IMG/VR virus record: IMGVR_UViG_3300042934_000547
Location: 1 to 64,000 of that record
DNA: 64,000 bases
Direction: 5' to 3' (one strand)
Position 1 is the stretch's first letter; each line of letters begins with the position of its first letter. Position numbers and translations under genes: made by a program. Below the pieces are notes generated by a model, which was not told where the DNA came from, ran no database searches, and saw only the letters and a program-made list of their open reading frames with translations. Below are positions 28,653 through 39,528 of this stretch, one piece after another.

Positions 28653-29444
28653 TTATACTGTAAACATGATTGGTATAAATTGATTACCAGCGGTAATAAA
28701 TGTATCTTTTAACAACTTAACAAAATCTTTGCGGTTATTCTGAGCTTGTGCCCAATCATCCATTTTAAGATCTATATTACCACCGTATATTGATTCAAGT
28801 CCATCGAAGAACTTTAACTCTTGATATAAAAAGTCCTGTAAATCGAATAGACATAATTCCTCAAACGTTTCCATCTTCATAGGTGATATAGTTATAAGAT
28901 CCTGATGTTCTACATATAGTAGTAATGTAAGAGTTTCCATACATTTAATTACATCCTGATAGTTACCGGCGGTTACTCTTATCTTATTTGGCTTAACGAA
29001 TTCAATCCTTAATCCATTATTATATAAACTAGCCAAATCTGAGAATCCCTGTTGTAATCCTATATCTAATGGACTATATGAACCAATATCATTCATATAA
29101 CTTCCAGTAACCCCATATGGATTTAAGGAAAATTCCTTTAGAAATCTTTCTTTTGATAAGTCTCTTAGACCAATGATATCAACTCTTCCCGGAAGCCTAT
29201 GTTCATCAATATAGTAAAAGTTCGATGGTACTCCATCATCAGCTCTCGCAACTTTATCCCTACTTGGTATTAATACATATTCAATTTGGTGAGGATATAA
29301 TCTACTAAATGATGGCAATGTAATAGGTTTAATACAATTATCCCACCAAGTATCTTTATTGATTTCTTTAGGTAGATTCATCAATCTAGTACCAAGACGT
29401 CTCTCCATCTTTTTTATTAAGTCACTAATGTTATTATCATACAT
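28653..29444 (-). CDS. Conserved virion/head-completion-like protein
   Basis: 263 aa, co-oriented immediately after the prohead protease. Function inferred from context. Confidence 0.45.
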   Translation of the reverse strand: MYDNNISDLIKKMERRLGTRLMNLPKEINKDTWWDNCIKPITLPSFSRLYPHQIEYVLIPSRDKVARADDGVPSNFYYIDEHRLPGRVDIIGLRDLSKERFLKEFSLNPYGVTGSYMNDIGSYSPLDIGLQQGFSDLASLYNNGLRIEFVKPNKIRVTAGNYQDVIKCMETLTLLLYVEHQDLITISPMKMETFEELCLFDLQDFLYQELKFFDGLESIYGGNIDLKMDDWAQAQNNRKDFVKLLKDTFITAGNQFIPIMFTV

Positions 29445-29462
29445 CCTCGGTTCACCTCACTA

Positions 29463-30284
29463 CTAAATTAAAGAGTCGTATATTTGTTTAGTCACATAAT
29501 CTTCCAATCTAATTACGATTTTTTCATCATCATTAGCTATAGTCATATATTTACCATCTTTAGAAACTGTTTGAATTGGGAAAGCATATTCTAATAAGTT
29601 TGTAATTAGCTTAACTTCTTTAGATTCAGATGTAATAAATTCTTTTACAGCTGCTTCCTGTAATAGTATTAATTCACATGATTCTTTTAATGATTTCGAT
29701 TCTGAAGGTGTTCCACCTAATATCTTAGTCATATAAGCTGTCTTATGACTAGGGAATACTACCCAGTCCCATGTGATTATTTTTAGATCTCTTACACATG
29801 CACCTTTTGATGTTTGTTCAAGTCCACCTAAGGCTCTCATAGAGAATGCTGGTATAAGTCCACCATACACGATTTCATTATGAAATGCTGTTCCAACAGG
29901 CATATAAGATGCTCTCACAATACCCATAACCTGCTTGCCTTGAGTCCATGTTTTGACAATTGCATGAGAAGCTCTGTCTTGAATTACTTTAGCCTGTCTA
30001 GCTAATGATGGATCATCTGGATGGGCTACTTCCCCATATAGTCCCTTTGTGTTGATTAATTCTGTTAATCTGTCATCGTTCAATGCAGGGAATAATGTTT
30101 TTTGTTCATATATTCTTCTATTTCTATTTAACCAATCAGCATCGATAAGTCCAGTTTCAATATGAACTCTATCCATACCCTTCTTATCGATACCATCATC
30201 AGCTTCCTTCAAAATTCTCATTTTTGTTTCTGGAACAAGAGAAGTTTCGTTTATTATATACATAGCATTTAATGATTTGCTCAT
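29463..30284 (-). CDS. Prohead maturation protease (T4 gp21-like)
   Basis: NRNRRIY, YGEVAHP (His), PAFSMRALG (Ser), WDWVVFPS (Asp). Confidence 0.85.
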   Translation of the reverse strand: MSKSLNAMYIINETSLVPETKMRILKEADDGIDKKGMDRVHIETGLIDADWLNRNRRIYEQKTLFPALNDDRLTELINTKGLYGEVAHPDDPSLARQAKVIQDRASHAIVKTWTQGKQVMGIVRASYMPVGTAFHNEIVYGGLIPAFSMRALGGLEQTSKGACVRDLKIITWDWVVFPSHKTAYMTKILGGTPSESKSLKESCELILLQEAAVKEFITSESKEVKLITNLLEYAFPIQTVSKDGKYMTIANDDEKIVIRLEDYVTKQIYDSLI

Positions 30285-30307
30285 GATTTTTCCTCCTTAA
30301 ATAACAT

Positions 30308-30377
30308 TATTAGATAGTTTAAACTATAAAAACGTACAGCGTAGCTATAATGAATTAAAAGACAAAACATCTAAATA
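30308..30377. promoter_or_regulatory. Divergent late-type promoters (AACT-N6-TA minus, 30308-30319; AACA-N6-TA plus, 30366-30377)
   Basis: Motif matches upstream of both divergent late genes. Confidence 0.6.
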
Positions 30378-30404
30378 AATGAAATAATTAGGAGGAAATA
30401 TAAA

Positions 30405-32543
30405 ATGAGTAATCCAGAATATTTAAAATTAATGACTTTCTTTGTTAAACCAAGCGTAACTCCCCTAACTAAAGAAGCTATTAGGAATCTTTTAGATACA
30501 GATAAACCATTGGATTTAAAATCTACTATAAATCATTGGAGAGAATATGACCCAGATCCAAATCTAGCATTCGGAATGTTGATGAACCGAATAAATAACG
30601 CTGATAAAGAACTTGAGAATTCATCTATAGAACAAATAGATGAAAAAACTCTAAAATATTTTAATAACATAGACCAGTTCGATATTAAAACAGCATTACG
30701 AGATACATCTTATTGGTGTGCTGAATTTGATGATGAGCTTAGTGTTGTTAAACAGGCAAAAGAAAAAATATCTGAATACCTAAAGCATCTATCAGAAGCA
30801 CATATCTACAGAAGTAATAACGATAAGATGTATAAAAAACTAGATTTCTTTTCTTATACAGAAACGTACAGAATGTATGAAGACGAAGAATTTGCTTATG
30901 AAGGTATATATGCTATGGTAGAGGCTTTAGATAAATTATATTCTAAAGTACCAGTACATAACAAGATTACTTTATTTACTGAATTTGCTTTTGATTTAGT
31001 AAATAGAAAGGCTTTACCGATATCAGAAGATAAAGCAGTAGGTGTTATTAGAGAATACTTCTATCATCAGCGTAATATAAATGAAGATACAATCGAGATA
31101 TACGCTAATAAAAGTTTAGTTTATAAATCACAAGATGGAGAGAATCCTGCATTTATAACACAAGCTGATGATTTAAACGATTATGACGATGATAATTTAC
31201 TATTTGAAGCTGTAATTGGAATACATGAATCCAAAAAGAATATAGGTAAGTCAGCATCTCCAGCTAAAAAGAAAAATCCTTACACAACTTTAATGGAATA
31301 CTTCAGTAAAGGTTCTAAGGTAACTAAAGAAGGATTAAAATCAGTACTATACAGTATTTATGGTACTAATTCCGATTCTATAATTAATGATACCCCTAAT
31401 TTATTAGGTGTAGTGAGAAGGGGGTTAACTGTTGTTGGAGCAGCATCATTATCGCTTTGGTTAGTATTACCAGTATTATTGATTGATATGGCTTTTGCTA
31501 ATAAAGTTGATAAAGAACAAACTGGCAAACTTTTAAAGAAAGTTCAGAAAGAACAATCTAAGGTTAAAACTCAATTAAATGACAGCAAAATTTCTGATAA
31601 GAAAAAAGAAAATCTAAAAGAATACCAGAAAGTTCTAAAACAACAAGAAGAACGTATTAGATCTCATAGAACTCAAACTATGAGTGAAAGGGAAAATGAT
31701 AAAGAGTTGTATGATAACACTGATACTGATGACGAATTTGATTTTGACCTAGATGAAATGTGTTCACCTGAAGATGACAGATTGATTCCAGTTCAGGAAG
31801 AAGCTGAAATCATTTTAGAATATTGTGATATGGACTTAATGACAATGGTCGTTGCTGTTGCTGAAGCTACTGATGAACCTACAGAGGTTTTTCTAGAAAA
31901 AGCTAAAATCGTTGTTAAGAAAACCAAAGAAAATATGCAGAAAAGAACTTTTGCAGATAAAATAAAAGATAAAAAAGATGAAGCCTTAAAGAATATGGAT
32001 GAAAATAAACGTAAGGCTTACATTAAATCTAAAGAAATGAAAACTGGTACAAAATTAGTTGCTAATCAAATAGCAACTAAAACTAAATCTATAACTGAGA
32101 AGGAAAAAGAGCTATCTAGAAAACTTGATGACCAAGTTGATTTAACGATGATGAAAGTTAAAAAAGGATTGGAAAATAATAGAAGAGATGCTGTTATTAA
32201 AGGTTCTATCGTCCCATCGTTCAGTAAAACTGTAAAGCTGGGGATAGTATTAGCCGGGATTGCTGCTATTGACCCAGTATTAGGTGTGATAGGGGCAGTT
32301 GGTGGATTATTAGCTTCTAAGAAGTTAAACGACCGTCAGAAGTTTTTATTATTAGATGAAATAGAAATTCATCTTAAAGTTACAGAAGAAAAAATAGAGA
32401 AAGCTAAATCTAGTGGAGACACTAAAGCTTTAACTGACTTATATAGAATTCAAGCCAAATTAAGACGTGAAAAAAATAGAATTAATTATGGTAAACGTGG
32501 AAACTATATAAGAACTATGGATGACGGTAAAGACGAAGATTAA
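30405..32543 (+). CDS. Large virion/internal head protein candidate
   Basis: 712 aa, late promoter, K/E-rich helices with two hydrophobic hairpins; next to the prohead protease. Confidence 0.5.
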   Translation: MSNPEYLKLMTFFVKPSVTPLTKEAIRNLLDTDKPLDLKSTINHWREYDPDPNLAFGMLMNRINNADKELENSSIEQIDEKTLKYFNNIDQFDIKTALRDTSYWCAEFDDELSVVKQAKEKISEYLKHLSEAHIYRSNNDKMYKKLDFFSYTETYRMYEDEEFAYEGIYAMVEALDKLYSKVPVHNKITLFTEFAFDLVNRKALPISEDKAVGVIREYFYHQRNINEDTIEIYANKSLVYKSQDGENPAFITQADDLNDYDDDNLLFEAVIGIHESKKNIGKSASPAKKKNPYTTLMEYFSKGSKVTKEGLKSVLYSIYGTNSDSIINDTPNLLGVVRRGLTVVGAASLSLWLVLPVLLIDMAFANKVDKEQTGKLLKKVQKEQSKVKTQLNDSKISDKKKENLKEYQKVLKQQEERIRSHRTQTMSERENDKELYDNTDTDDEFDFDLDEMCSPEDDRLIPVQEEAEIILEYCDMDLMTMVVAVAEATDEPTEVFLEKAKIVVKKTKENMQKRTFADKIKDKKDEALKNMDENKRKAYIKSKEMKTGTKLVANQIATKTKSITEKEKELSRKLDDQVDLTMMKVKKGLENNRRDAVIKGSIVPSFSKTVKLGIVLAGIAAIDPVLGVIGAVGGLLASKKLNDRQKFLLLDEIEIHLKVTEEKIEKAKSSGDTKALTDLYRIQAKLRREKNRINYGKRGNYIRTMDDGKDED

Positions 32544-32557
32544 AAAAAAAATAAATC

Positions 32558-32580
32558 AGGGTATGCGTTATGCATACCCT
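32558..32580. terminator. Bidirectional terminator
   Basis: AGGGTATGC-gttat-GCATACCCT flanked by A- and T-runs between convergent genes. Confidence 0.75.
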
Positions 32581-32596
32581 AATCTTTTTTAAAAAT

Positions 32597-33013
32597 TTAT
32601 TTATTGATAATCTTTGTTTTTGCAAAGAATTGGTCAATCCTTTCACATGTTGAAATAATATTCGAAGCACAGAGAGAAAACTCTTGTTCTGTTGTTTCTA
32701 ATTGATTCATCAATGCAAATTGTCTTAATGATGAATTTAATATGTACTTAAAGTAATTCCATGTATTAGAATCTCTCCTGTTTATTAAATCTTCGATATT
32801 GATCAAGTTCATTGCTTGAGTTAAGAATATTCCGTAATTGTTATAAGGGATTTCTTTCCCCTTAGCTAACACATTTGCATATGTCAGTAAATCTGTTTGT
32901 ACTAACGTACGGATAATTCCCGGAACATGACCAGTATTACACTGACCAATGTTTTCCACATACTTATTTTCTGGTATTACTGCCACTCCATTTAATTCTT
33001 TTAACTTTGCCAT
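32597..33013 (-). CDS. Hypothetical protein
   Basis: 138 aa, GGAGG RBS. Confidence 0.65.
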   Translation of the reverse strand: MAKLKELNGVAVIPENKYVENIGQCNTGHVPGIIRTLVQTDLLTYANVLAKGKEIPYNNYGIFLTQAMNLINIEDLINRRDSNTWNYFKYILNSSLRQFALMNQLETTEQEFSLCASNIISTCERIDQFFAKTKIINK

Positions 33014-33753
33014 TATAATCCTCCTAATTGTTTGTCTAACGACATTTCTTGTTGTTCCCCTCTGGGAACTCTTGAGCTTACTTTAGTCATAATATCTGAT
33101 TGAGAATTACTTCTCATATCTGTATTGAGTCTTATTCTCTTAATCACATTAGGTTTCCCTATATAATTAATCATTATTTGTGCTGATTGGAACATGTTAA
33201 ATCCATCTATGTAATACTTAAATCCCATAAATGAACTCACTGATAAATCTATGAAAGTTAATTTACCTCCTAAATTTATCCTAATCCCTTCAACCCTTCT
33301 ATCAAATTCATCCACAATACATGGAGTAAATTCTAAGATAATATTATTAAAAGTTTTTAACTGTAATGGTTGTAAATTTTGCATATATACAGTTAATTCT
33401 TTTTGTTTATTATATACAAAAAGATTCTTATATTTAGTATCTAAGAACCATTTCATACAATTATCTAAAACCATTCTTAATGGTATCATATCATTTGCTG
33501 TAATTTGAATCCATGGTTTTTGACCATCATATTTAAGCATTTCTATTGTTAAATATGATTGAAAGTTTCTCTTTAATGAAATTAAATCACCAGCATTGTT
33601 ATACTTATCTCCATCATAAACATATTCAGTATGATAATGATTTCGATTATTTGATTTATCTTTTCTAGCTAATGATACATTAAATCGCAATAATGCATTA
33701 TTCCCTAAGAAACATACATCATCACTAATTTTTTCATACTGAATGTTATCCAT
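33013..33753 (-). CDS. Conserved jumbo-phage hypothetical protein
   Basis: 246 aa, AAGGAG RBS, late motif AACT-N6-TA at 33775-33786. Confidence 0.65.
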   Translation of the reverse strand: MDNIQYEKISDDVCFLGNNALLRFNVSLARKDKSNNRNHYHTEYVYDGDKYNNAGDLISLKRNFQSYLTIEMLKYDGQKPWIQITANDMIPLRMVLDNCMKWFLDTKYKNLFVYNKQKELTVYMQNLQPLQLKTFNNIILEFTPCIVDEFDRRVEGIRINLGGKLTFIDLSVSSFMGFKYYIDGFNMFQSAQIMINYIGKPNVIKRIRLNTDMRSNSQSDIMTKVSSRVPRGEQQEMSLDKQLGGL

Positions 33754-33814
33754 TACAAACTCCTTAAATCATATTACATTATAGTTTTACCAAATATAAA
33801 ATATGATTTTAGGG

Positions 33815-34210
33815 CTATTTATTATGGATAAGTTCCACGGGTTCTGTTTTATATGCAACTAATAAAGGTTCATTAAGTTTCTTAATTTTGTCCTTATATA
33901 CAAGTTCCATTTTCTCTATGATATCTAATTTATATCTAGATATCATTTCTTCAAGGGATAATGTTGGTAATTCATTGAAGGTTATTTTACCTAAATAAAA
34001 TCTATTAAGATGACCTTTAACTATTACAACAAATCCATAATATTCATCCCATACTTTAACAGATACATTTTTGTCATCAACGATGTCTGGGGTGAGTTCA
34101 CAGTTAGTTAAAAAATGCGATATTATTGTATCATCCTTAAAATAATTATTAACTAGATTAACTGCTTGAATGTAATTCTTTATTACTTCTTTTGTGATTT
34201 TCGTTTTCAT
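33815..34210 (-). CDS. Hypothetical early protein
   Basis: 131 aa, GGGAG RBS. Confidence 0.6.
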   Translation of the reverse strand: MKTKITKEVIKNYIQAVNLVNNYFKDDTIISHFLTNCELTPDIVDDKNVSVKVWDEYYGFVVIVKGHLNRFYLGKITFNELPTLSLEEMISRYKLDIIEKMELVYKDKIKKLNEPLLVAYKTEPVELIHNK

Positions 34211-34241
34211 ATTTTTATTGTCTCCCTTTCTATCTCCTTCG

Positions 34242-34802
34242 TTATTTTAATATTTCAATTATTTCCTTATTAAATTTAATCCATATGATTGGAAACCATC
34301 TATATGCAAATTTATCTGCATATAATTCATTATATAAATTGTGATATCTAATCACTGAATTTAATTTAGGTTTTGTTCCGCTTAACATTAATCCTGTTGC
34401 GTTTGAAATCATAGTAGCCTGAAATGGATTTTTAAATAATGTACATTGGTCGACGTGACCAAATTCATGTAATGTACTAAATAAATAGTATGCAGAATAA
34501 TGTAATTCTAATGATATTTTCATATCATTAAAATAATCAGATAATCCAAAATGTTTATTATCCATCAATTCTGATTTATCACCCTTACTGAATTCAGTTT
34601 TATCATACAATTCTATTATATGATGATTATTGGTTGAGCTAGTAGATACAACAAATCTGCTTCCATATTCATAATCAATATTCATTGAATCTAATTTTAT
34701 TATTTTTTGTATTTCAGTTACCAAATTAATGATTTGTTTCCGTTGTGTAATATTAAGAGTTTTCAATTTTTTCTCCTTTATTATAAATTTCATTCTATTC
34801 AT
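34242..34802 (-). CDS. ImmA/IrrE-like zinc metallopeptidase
   Basis: TLHEFGH (HExxH) plus downstream ELYADKFA (ExxAxxFA). Confidence 0.6.
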   Translation of the reverse strand: MNRMKFIIKEKKLKTLNITQRKQIINLVTEIQKIIKLDSMNIDYEYGSRFVVSTSSTNNHHIIELYDKTEFSKGDKSELMDNKHFGLSDYFNDMKISLELHYSAYYLFSTLHEFGHVDQCTLFKNPFQATMISNATGLMLSGTKPKLNSVIRYHNLYNELYADKFAYRWFPIIWIKFNKEIIEILK

Positions 34803-34805
34803 AGC

Positions 34806-34859
34806 TATAATATATACTTATTCTAGGATTTATTTACAGGTAGTAAAAACATTAATATA
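34806..34859. promoter_or_regulatory. Back-to-back early promoter (CTGTAA-N17-TATATATTATA, minus) and late promoter (AACA-N6-TA, plus, 34848-34859)
   Basis: Direct motif matches. Confidence 0.65.
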
Positions 34860-34894
34860 ATGAAAATCAACCTAGATATAAGGAGGTTTTAAGA

Positions 34895-36439
34895 ATGGGT
34901 TTAAGTAGATTAAATGATCTCGAGATACTTGGTCAATTGTATGTGCGGGAGTTTATGAATAAAGCAACACTTACTACAGAAGGTGTGGTACAGTTAACAA
35001 GTGATTTAAACAATGTCAGCGAAACTTTAGCTCTAACAGCTAAGGGAGCAAAGGTATTAAATGATGCAATTAATGACAGAGTTAAAAAAGCTGGAGATAC
35101 TATGACAGGAGTTCTGTCATTATTTAGTGGTGCAAATTTATTACACGCTACAAATAAAATGAGTATCAATGCTCAAGATTCTGCCATCGGTAATATCAAT
35201 CAATTGATATTTAGTAATCATGCAACCAGTGTTTCTGGAATGGGTATATTATTCCTAAAAACTGATAAAATCGCAGGTAGTACTAATGTTGCTGATTATG
35301 ATAAGATGCGAATACACAATTCAATCCCATATTTTAATGACTTTGAATTAATATACCAGAATCCTGTAAGTAAAGATACAAGTTATTACACGAAAACTGG
35401 AACCGATAATGCAATTACTGCTGCTTTAGCTCAACTTGTTGATGGTTCTCAAGAGACATTAAATACGTTAAAAGAATTAGCAGATGCTATTGGTAATGAC
35501 CCTGATTTTGCTGCTAATATAGCTACTGAAGTTGCTAAAAAATTACCTAAAGCCGGTGGTACAATGACCGGTGATATAATTTTAGAGAATGCAGTTAAAT
35601 TAATTTTTCAGGATATTGATTCATTTATACATAAGTACAATAATGATACCATTTTGTATAGTACTACTGGGGCTGGCGGTCATCTATTTAATAATAATGT
35701 GAGTGTCGAAGGTGATATTTATACACTTAAAACTGTTGATGGAAATGTGATTAAATCAAAAGTATGGACAGTCGACACATTCAATCCAAGTGAATATTTC
35801 AAAAAGAGTGACGATTTTGAAATCACTGGTCCAATTATAAATAATGGAGTTGCTGGTGTAAGTAATACAATATTAGATTTTGGTTCACATACACCAACTG
35901 TTCCAGAGACAGATTATTACTGGAATATAAATTATTTAGGTGCTAATTCTGGAGTAGCTGGTAATCAATTTGAACTTAAATCAAATATCGGTGCATCATT
36001 ATTATTTGACCATCAGGGTGATTTAAGAGTTTCTAGGGATATATATACAAACGGTGACAGAAAAGTATGGGATTCTGAATCATGGAAACCAGATGCTTAT
36101 CTTGGAGCTATTAGTATTATTCAATTAGGTCAATATATTTCTTTAGGAGACCATACAGGTGCTGGACCATCAGATTTTGGTATAGTTGATTTGAGTGGTG
36201 AAATCCAATCAAAATTACTTATACACAATGTACCTACAGGTGAAACCGCCAAATTACTTTCTATGGAATTATCCACTAATAGTGGAACCCTATTTACTGA
36301 AATGATGACATTACTCCAAAACGGGTTATTGAAAATTAAGGGTGGTGTTGAAACAACAGAATATAAGTTTTCTGAAAGTAATAGTAAGATTGCTTATAAT
36401 AAGGTAACAAACTGCTTGGAATTTATAGTTAAGAGGTGA
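34895..36439 (+). CDS. Tail fibre protein
   Basis: Tail-fibre repeat ATLTTEGVVQLTSDLNNVSETLALTAKGAK; VKKAGDTMTG and LPKAGGTMTG repeats; LVDGSQETLNTLKELADAIGNDPDFA motif. Confidence 0.85.
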   Translation: MGLSRLNDLEILGQLYVREFMNKATLTTEGVVQLTSDLNNVSETLALTAKGAKVLNDAINDRVKKAGDTMTGVLSLFSGANLLHATNKMSINAQDSAIGNINQLIFSNHATSVSGMGILFLKTDKIAGSTNVADYDKMRIHNSIPYFNDFELIYQNPVSKDTSYYTKTGTDNAITAALAQLVDGSQETLNTLKELADAIGNDPDFAANIATEVAKKLPKAGGTMTGDIILENAVKLIFQDIDSFIHKYNNDTILYSTTGAGGHLFNNNVSVEGDIYTLKTVDGNVIKSKVWTVDTFNPSEYFKKSDDFEITGPIINNGVAGVSNTILDFGSHTPTVPETDYYWNINYLGANSGVAGNQFELKSNIGASLLFDHQGDLRVSRDIYTNGDRKVWDSESWKPDAYLGAISIIQLGQYISLGDHTGAGPSDFGIVDLSGEIQSKLLIHNVPTGETAKLLSMELSTNSGTLFTEMMTLLQNGLLKIKGGVETTEYKFSESNSKIAYNKVTNCLEFIVKR

Positions 36440-36446
36440 TAAAACA

Positions 36447-38558
36447 ATGAGTCTGTTAAACTATTATCCGTTAAACGGAAATGGCAATGATGTAGCTATG
36501 AACTATGGATTCTATATAGATCCAGATTCGCTAACTTACGTTGATTTTGGTATTGGCAAAGGTGTAAATAGTGATATGATAATCGGGGAGCCACAAAGTC
36601 AATATAATATCAATATTAATGAATTTTGTATTTCATTCCTCTATAAATTTCCAAGCGATATACCAGTAGATGGCGGACAAATATTTTTTAGTGGTAATGT
36701 TGGTATAGTTTGTTATCCTGATAAAATTGAAGTTTATAAAGGATTCGAATACGAGCATGGTTCTGAGAATACCCCATTTACAAAAATGGAATACACAGGT
36801 ATATCATTGAGTGATTCTATTCAATTTTTTACAGTTGGATATGATGAAGATAATGTGCATTTATTCATGAATGGTAAGCACATACAGAGTATGCCTAATA
36901 CAATAAAAAGTGAACCCATAAGATTATTCGGGTTTATAAATATTGGGGTGGTGAGTAATATTTGGACATATGATGAATTTCCGTCTGATAAAATTATTAT
37001 GGAGATGTATAAAAATAAACTTTTCCAGTATGATTTTGATGTGAATTTAAATATGTATCCAAATATGTTAAATAAAGTAAAAAATGGTAATACTGAACGA
37101 GGAATTTTATATTGGGAATGTGGGATTGATAATATATTAGAAGAATCTTATATTAACCATGGAAATCAATCCATTAAGTTCTTTAAGTTGTCCAGAGATA
37201 TAGGAACTGGGGTTTCTATGAAACAAACAGTAACTGATTTGGATTCTTTAAAGAGTTACTGGTTAACTTATAATGAATTCGATTCAAATGCGAATATCAT
37301 CGTTCATAGAGAAATTCTTATAAGCAATGTATCAACATATGATGTTATTATAACATCAGAAAACAGTGAATTGCTTATAAATGAGATTATGGTTAATGAG
37401 ATGCAATCCATTCCATATATATCATATATACCAGCCGAATATGTTACAAACGAGATACAAGTACGCCCATGTGATATTAGTCAAATTGAATCACAAATTC
37501 AATTAACACCGAATGTACCTATATGGGATAAAAAAGGATTTTATGGTGATGGCTCCTTAAAATTAGAAAATTCAAAAATTATATTTCCAACTGGATTACA
37601 ATTATTGGGTGGAAGTTATATAATCAAATCGACATGTATGTTTACTAAATTTGCAACTAATACACCGTTGATGTTATTTCATTTAGGAGATGCTATTCCG
37701 ATATCATTATCAATTGTATCAGGTAATTTAATGCTAGGTGATGTAAATTTGAATCATACTCTGGATTTAAATGTTTGGTATTCATTCACGATAGTAGTCA
37801 TAAATGCAGCAGAGATGAAACTCTACATTAATGATATGCTTATCGGTACATATGCATTTCCTATGTCATGTTTCAGAATAAAAAATTTCGGATTTAATGA
37901 TGAACCAGATTGTACTGGATTAATAGATGAAATATCAATGTATTATCATCACAAACTATTATCCGAAGCTGAGATTAATGAGATGTATTTGGATAGTGAA
38001 TTGGTGGCAGTAATCGATAATAATGGCGGCATATGGGCAAAGGGGTTTACTCAACAAAGAGGTAATATTGGAGATGTGAAGTTAGCTGTAGATGCTGATA
38101 AACGAATTCTAAACCTACCTCAATTACGTGAAGTTGGTAGAAACAGTCGTTATATTAGGGTAATATGTGATGATACTGTTGATACTATAACGCCTAGATT
38201 TATGGAAATTAGTAAAATTGAATGTGTGGTTGATGGTAATATAATAAAGACTATTTACGGTACTCATATTTCAAATGAATCTGGAGAATTGATACTAGAA
38301 TTTGATTTGGGTGCAGTTTATAACGTGGAAATATTTAGAGTTTACTTCAATGCATATACCAACACAACTGAATATGTCAATAAAAGATTTTCTGTAAGTG
38401 TTGATAATGATAAATGGAGCTCCAATTATTATCCACATGATACTAAATCTAAAACCGAACAAGTTAATGTTCCAACAGAATTCCTAATGTATGATAACAT
38501 AGTACATGTTGATGGAGATTCAAATATAACAAATGCTTATAAAGTTTATAAATTGTAA
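36447..38558 (+). CDS. LamG/concanavalin-like tail-associated adhesin with discoidin-like C-terminal domain
   Basis: MSLLNYYPLNGNGND start (paralogous to 55357 and 58602); two LamG-like repeats ending GLIDEISMY; RYIRV...MEI discoidin-like module. Confidence 0.65.
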   Translation: MSLLNYYPLNGNGNDVAMNYGFYIDPDSLTYVDFGIGKGVNSDMIIGEPQSQYNININEFCISFLYKFPSDIPVDGGQIFFSGNVGIVCYPDKIEVYKGFEYEHGSENTPFTKMEYTGISLSDSIQFFTVGYDEDNVHLFMNGKHIQSMPNTIKSEPIRLFGFINIGVVSNIWTYDEFPSDKIIMEMYKNKLFQYDFDVNLNMYPNMLNKVKNGNTERGILYWECGIDNILEESYINHGNQSIKFFKLSRDIGTGVSMKQTVTDLDSLKSYWLTYNEFDSNANIIVHREILISNVSTYDVIITSENSELLINEIMVNEMQSIPYISYIPAEYVTNEIQVRPCDISQIESQIQLTPNVPIWDKKGFYGDGSLKLENSKIIFPTGLQLLGGSYIIKSTCMFTKFATNTPLMLFHLGDAIPISLSIVSGNLMLGDVNLNHTLDLNVWYSFTIVVINAAEMKLYINDMLIGTYAFPMSCFRIKNFGFNDEPDCTGLIDEISMYYHHKLLSEAEINEMYLDSELVAVIDNNGGIWAKGFTQQRGNIGDVKLAVDADKRILNLPQLREVGRNSRYIRVICDDTVDTITPRFMEISKIECVVDGNIIKTIYGTHISNESGELILEFDLGAVYNVEIFRVYFNAYTNTTEYVNKRFSVSVDNDKWSSNYYPHDTKSKTEQVNVPTEFLMYDNIVHVDGDSNITNAYKVYKL

Positions 38559-38566
38559 AAAAAAAA

Positions 38567-38592
38567 TAGAGTAGACTTATAAGTCTACTCTA
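38567..38592. terminator. Bidirectional palindromic terminator
   Basis: Perfect palindrome TAGAGTAGACTTA/TAAGTCTACTCTA. Confidence 0.8.
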
Positions 38593-38965
38593 AATTTAAT
38601 TCATATTTTTTCATCATCTCTTGATTTACCACATCAACTGAAGCAGCTGAGTCCATCTTCACAAATCCAAATTTTTCAACAATCTCATCATCTAAATAAG
38701 TAAAATAAATTATTGACTTAGCTTGTATTGTTGATAAAGTTTCTTTAATAAACTTTTTAACAACTGCACAATCTTCATCAGTTAATTCATCCATGAGTGT
38801 ATAGTTAAATACTAATTTGCCATCATGGTTTTTACCGATGAATATGTCTCCAAGATATTTTTTATTTATACCATTTTGGTCAACTTCCATGATACCATAC
38901 ATATACGTGTATTGTGAATCATCACCTGTTTGATTATTTAATTCATTTTTAATTACAGCTATCAT
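38585..38965 (-). CDS. Hypothetical protein
   Basis: 126 aa, AAGGAGG RBS. Confidence 0.65.
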   Translation of the reverse strand: MIAVIKNELNNQTGDDSQYTYMYGIMEVDQNGINKKYLGDIFIGKNHDGKLVFNYTLMDELTDEDCAVVKKFIKETLSTIQAKSIIYFTYLDDEIVEKFGFVKMDSAASVDVVNQEMMKKYELNLE

Positions 38966-38996
38966 TATTATTCCTCCTTATTTAAAATAATATTAA

Positions 38997-39019
38997 AGGG
39001 AAGAAATTTAATCTTCCCT
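38997..39019 (-). terminator. Terminator-like hairpin
   Basis: AGGGAAGA-aatttaa-TCTTCCCT. Confidence 0.6.
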
Positions 39020-39053
39020 CAATATATTGTTTACCGGGTATTAATTTTTGTAA

Positions 39054-39416
39054 CTAGCCGATTGAACCTGTTCTTATCTTATGATATTTCACAAGGAAAT
39101 CAGGGTTATTATCAGCAAATACTGCCATTTGATGATTTAATAAGAGATAGATTATATCTGTATAGATTGCATCTATTTCTTCTGCTGTTAATTTTTCAGC
39201 ACCATCCCATGAATAAACACGGTCTTCTGTGAATCCATCATAAAGCTTGGATAGTTCCTCAAATGTACGACCATGTTGGTTAACGCAGTATACAACAAAC
39301 ATAGATGCCGCAACACCTAAATCTGGACAGTCAAGAGCTTCTCTCTTTTTACGTATAGCGATTAAATATGGTTTATATTTTTCTATAAACTGTGCTTTCG
39401 TCATTTTCATAAACAA
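39054..39416 (-). CDS. Hypothetical protein
   Basis: 120 aa, AAGGAGG RBS, late motif AACA-N6-TA at 39436-39447. Confidence 0.65.
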   Translation of the reverse strand: MFMKMTKAQFIEKYKPYLIAIRKKREALDCPDLGVAASMFVVYCVNQHGRTFEELSKLYDGFTEDRVYSWDGAEKLTAEEIDAIYTDIIYLLLNHQMAVFADNNPDFLVKYHKIRTGSIG

Positions 39417-39528
39417 TTCCTCCTTAGGATTTAATTACAATAATGTTGAAAATAATAACTATATATTTGATATCTTTATATTAAGTTAAACTATAATATA
39501 ATGATTTCGATATAGGAGGAAATATGAT

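Noticed and set aside
12639-38566. Poly-A/T runs of 8-10 nt as phase-variation sites
   Set aside because: They are intergenic, next to terminator hairpins, and expected in such AT-rich DNA; none interrupts a gene.
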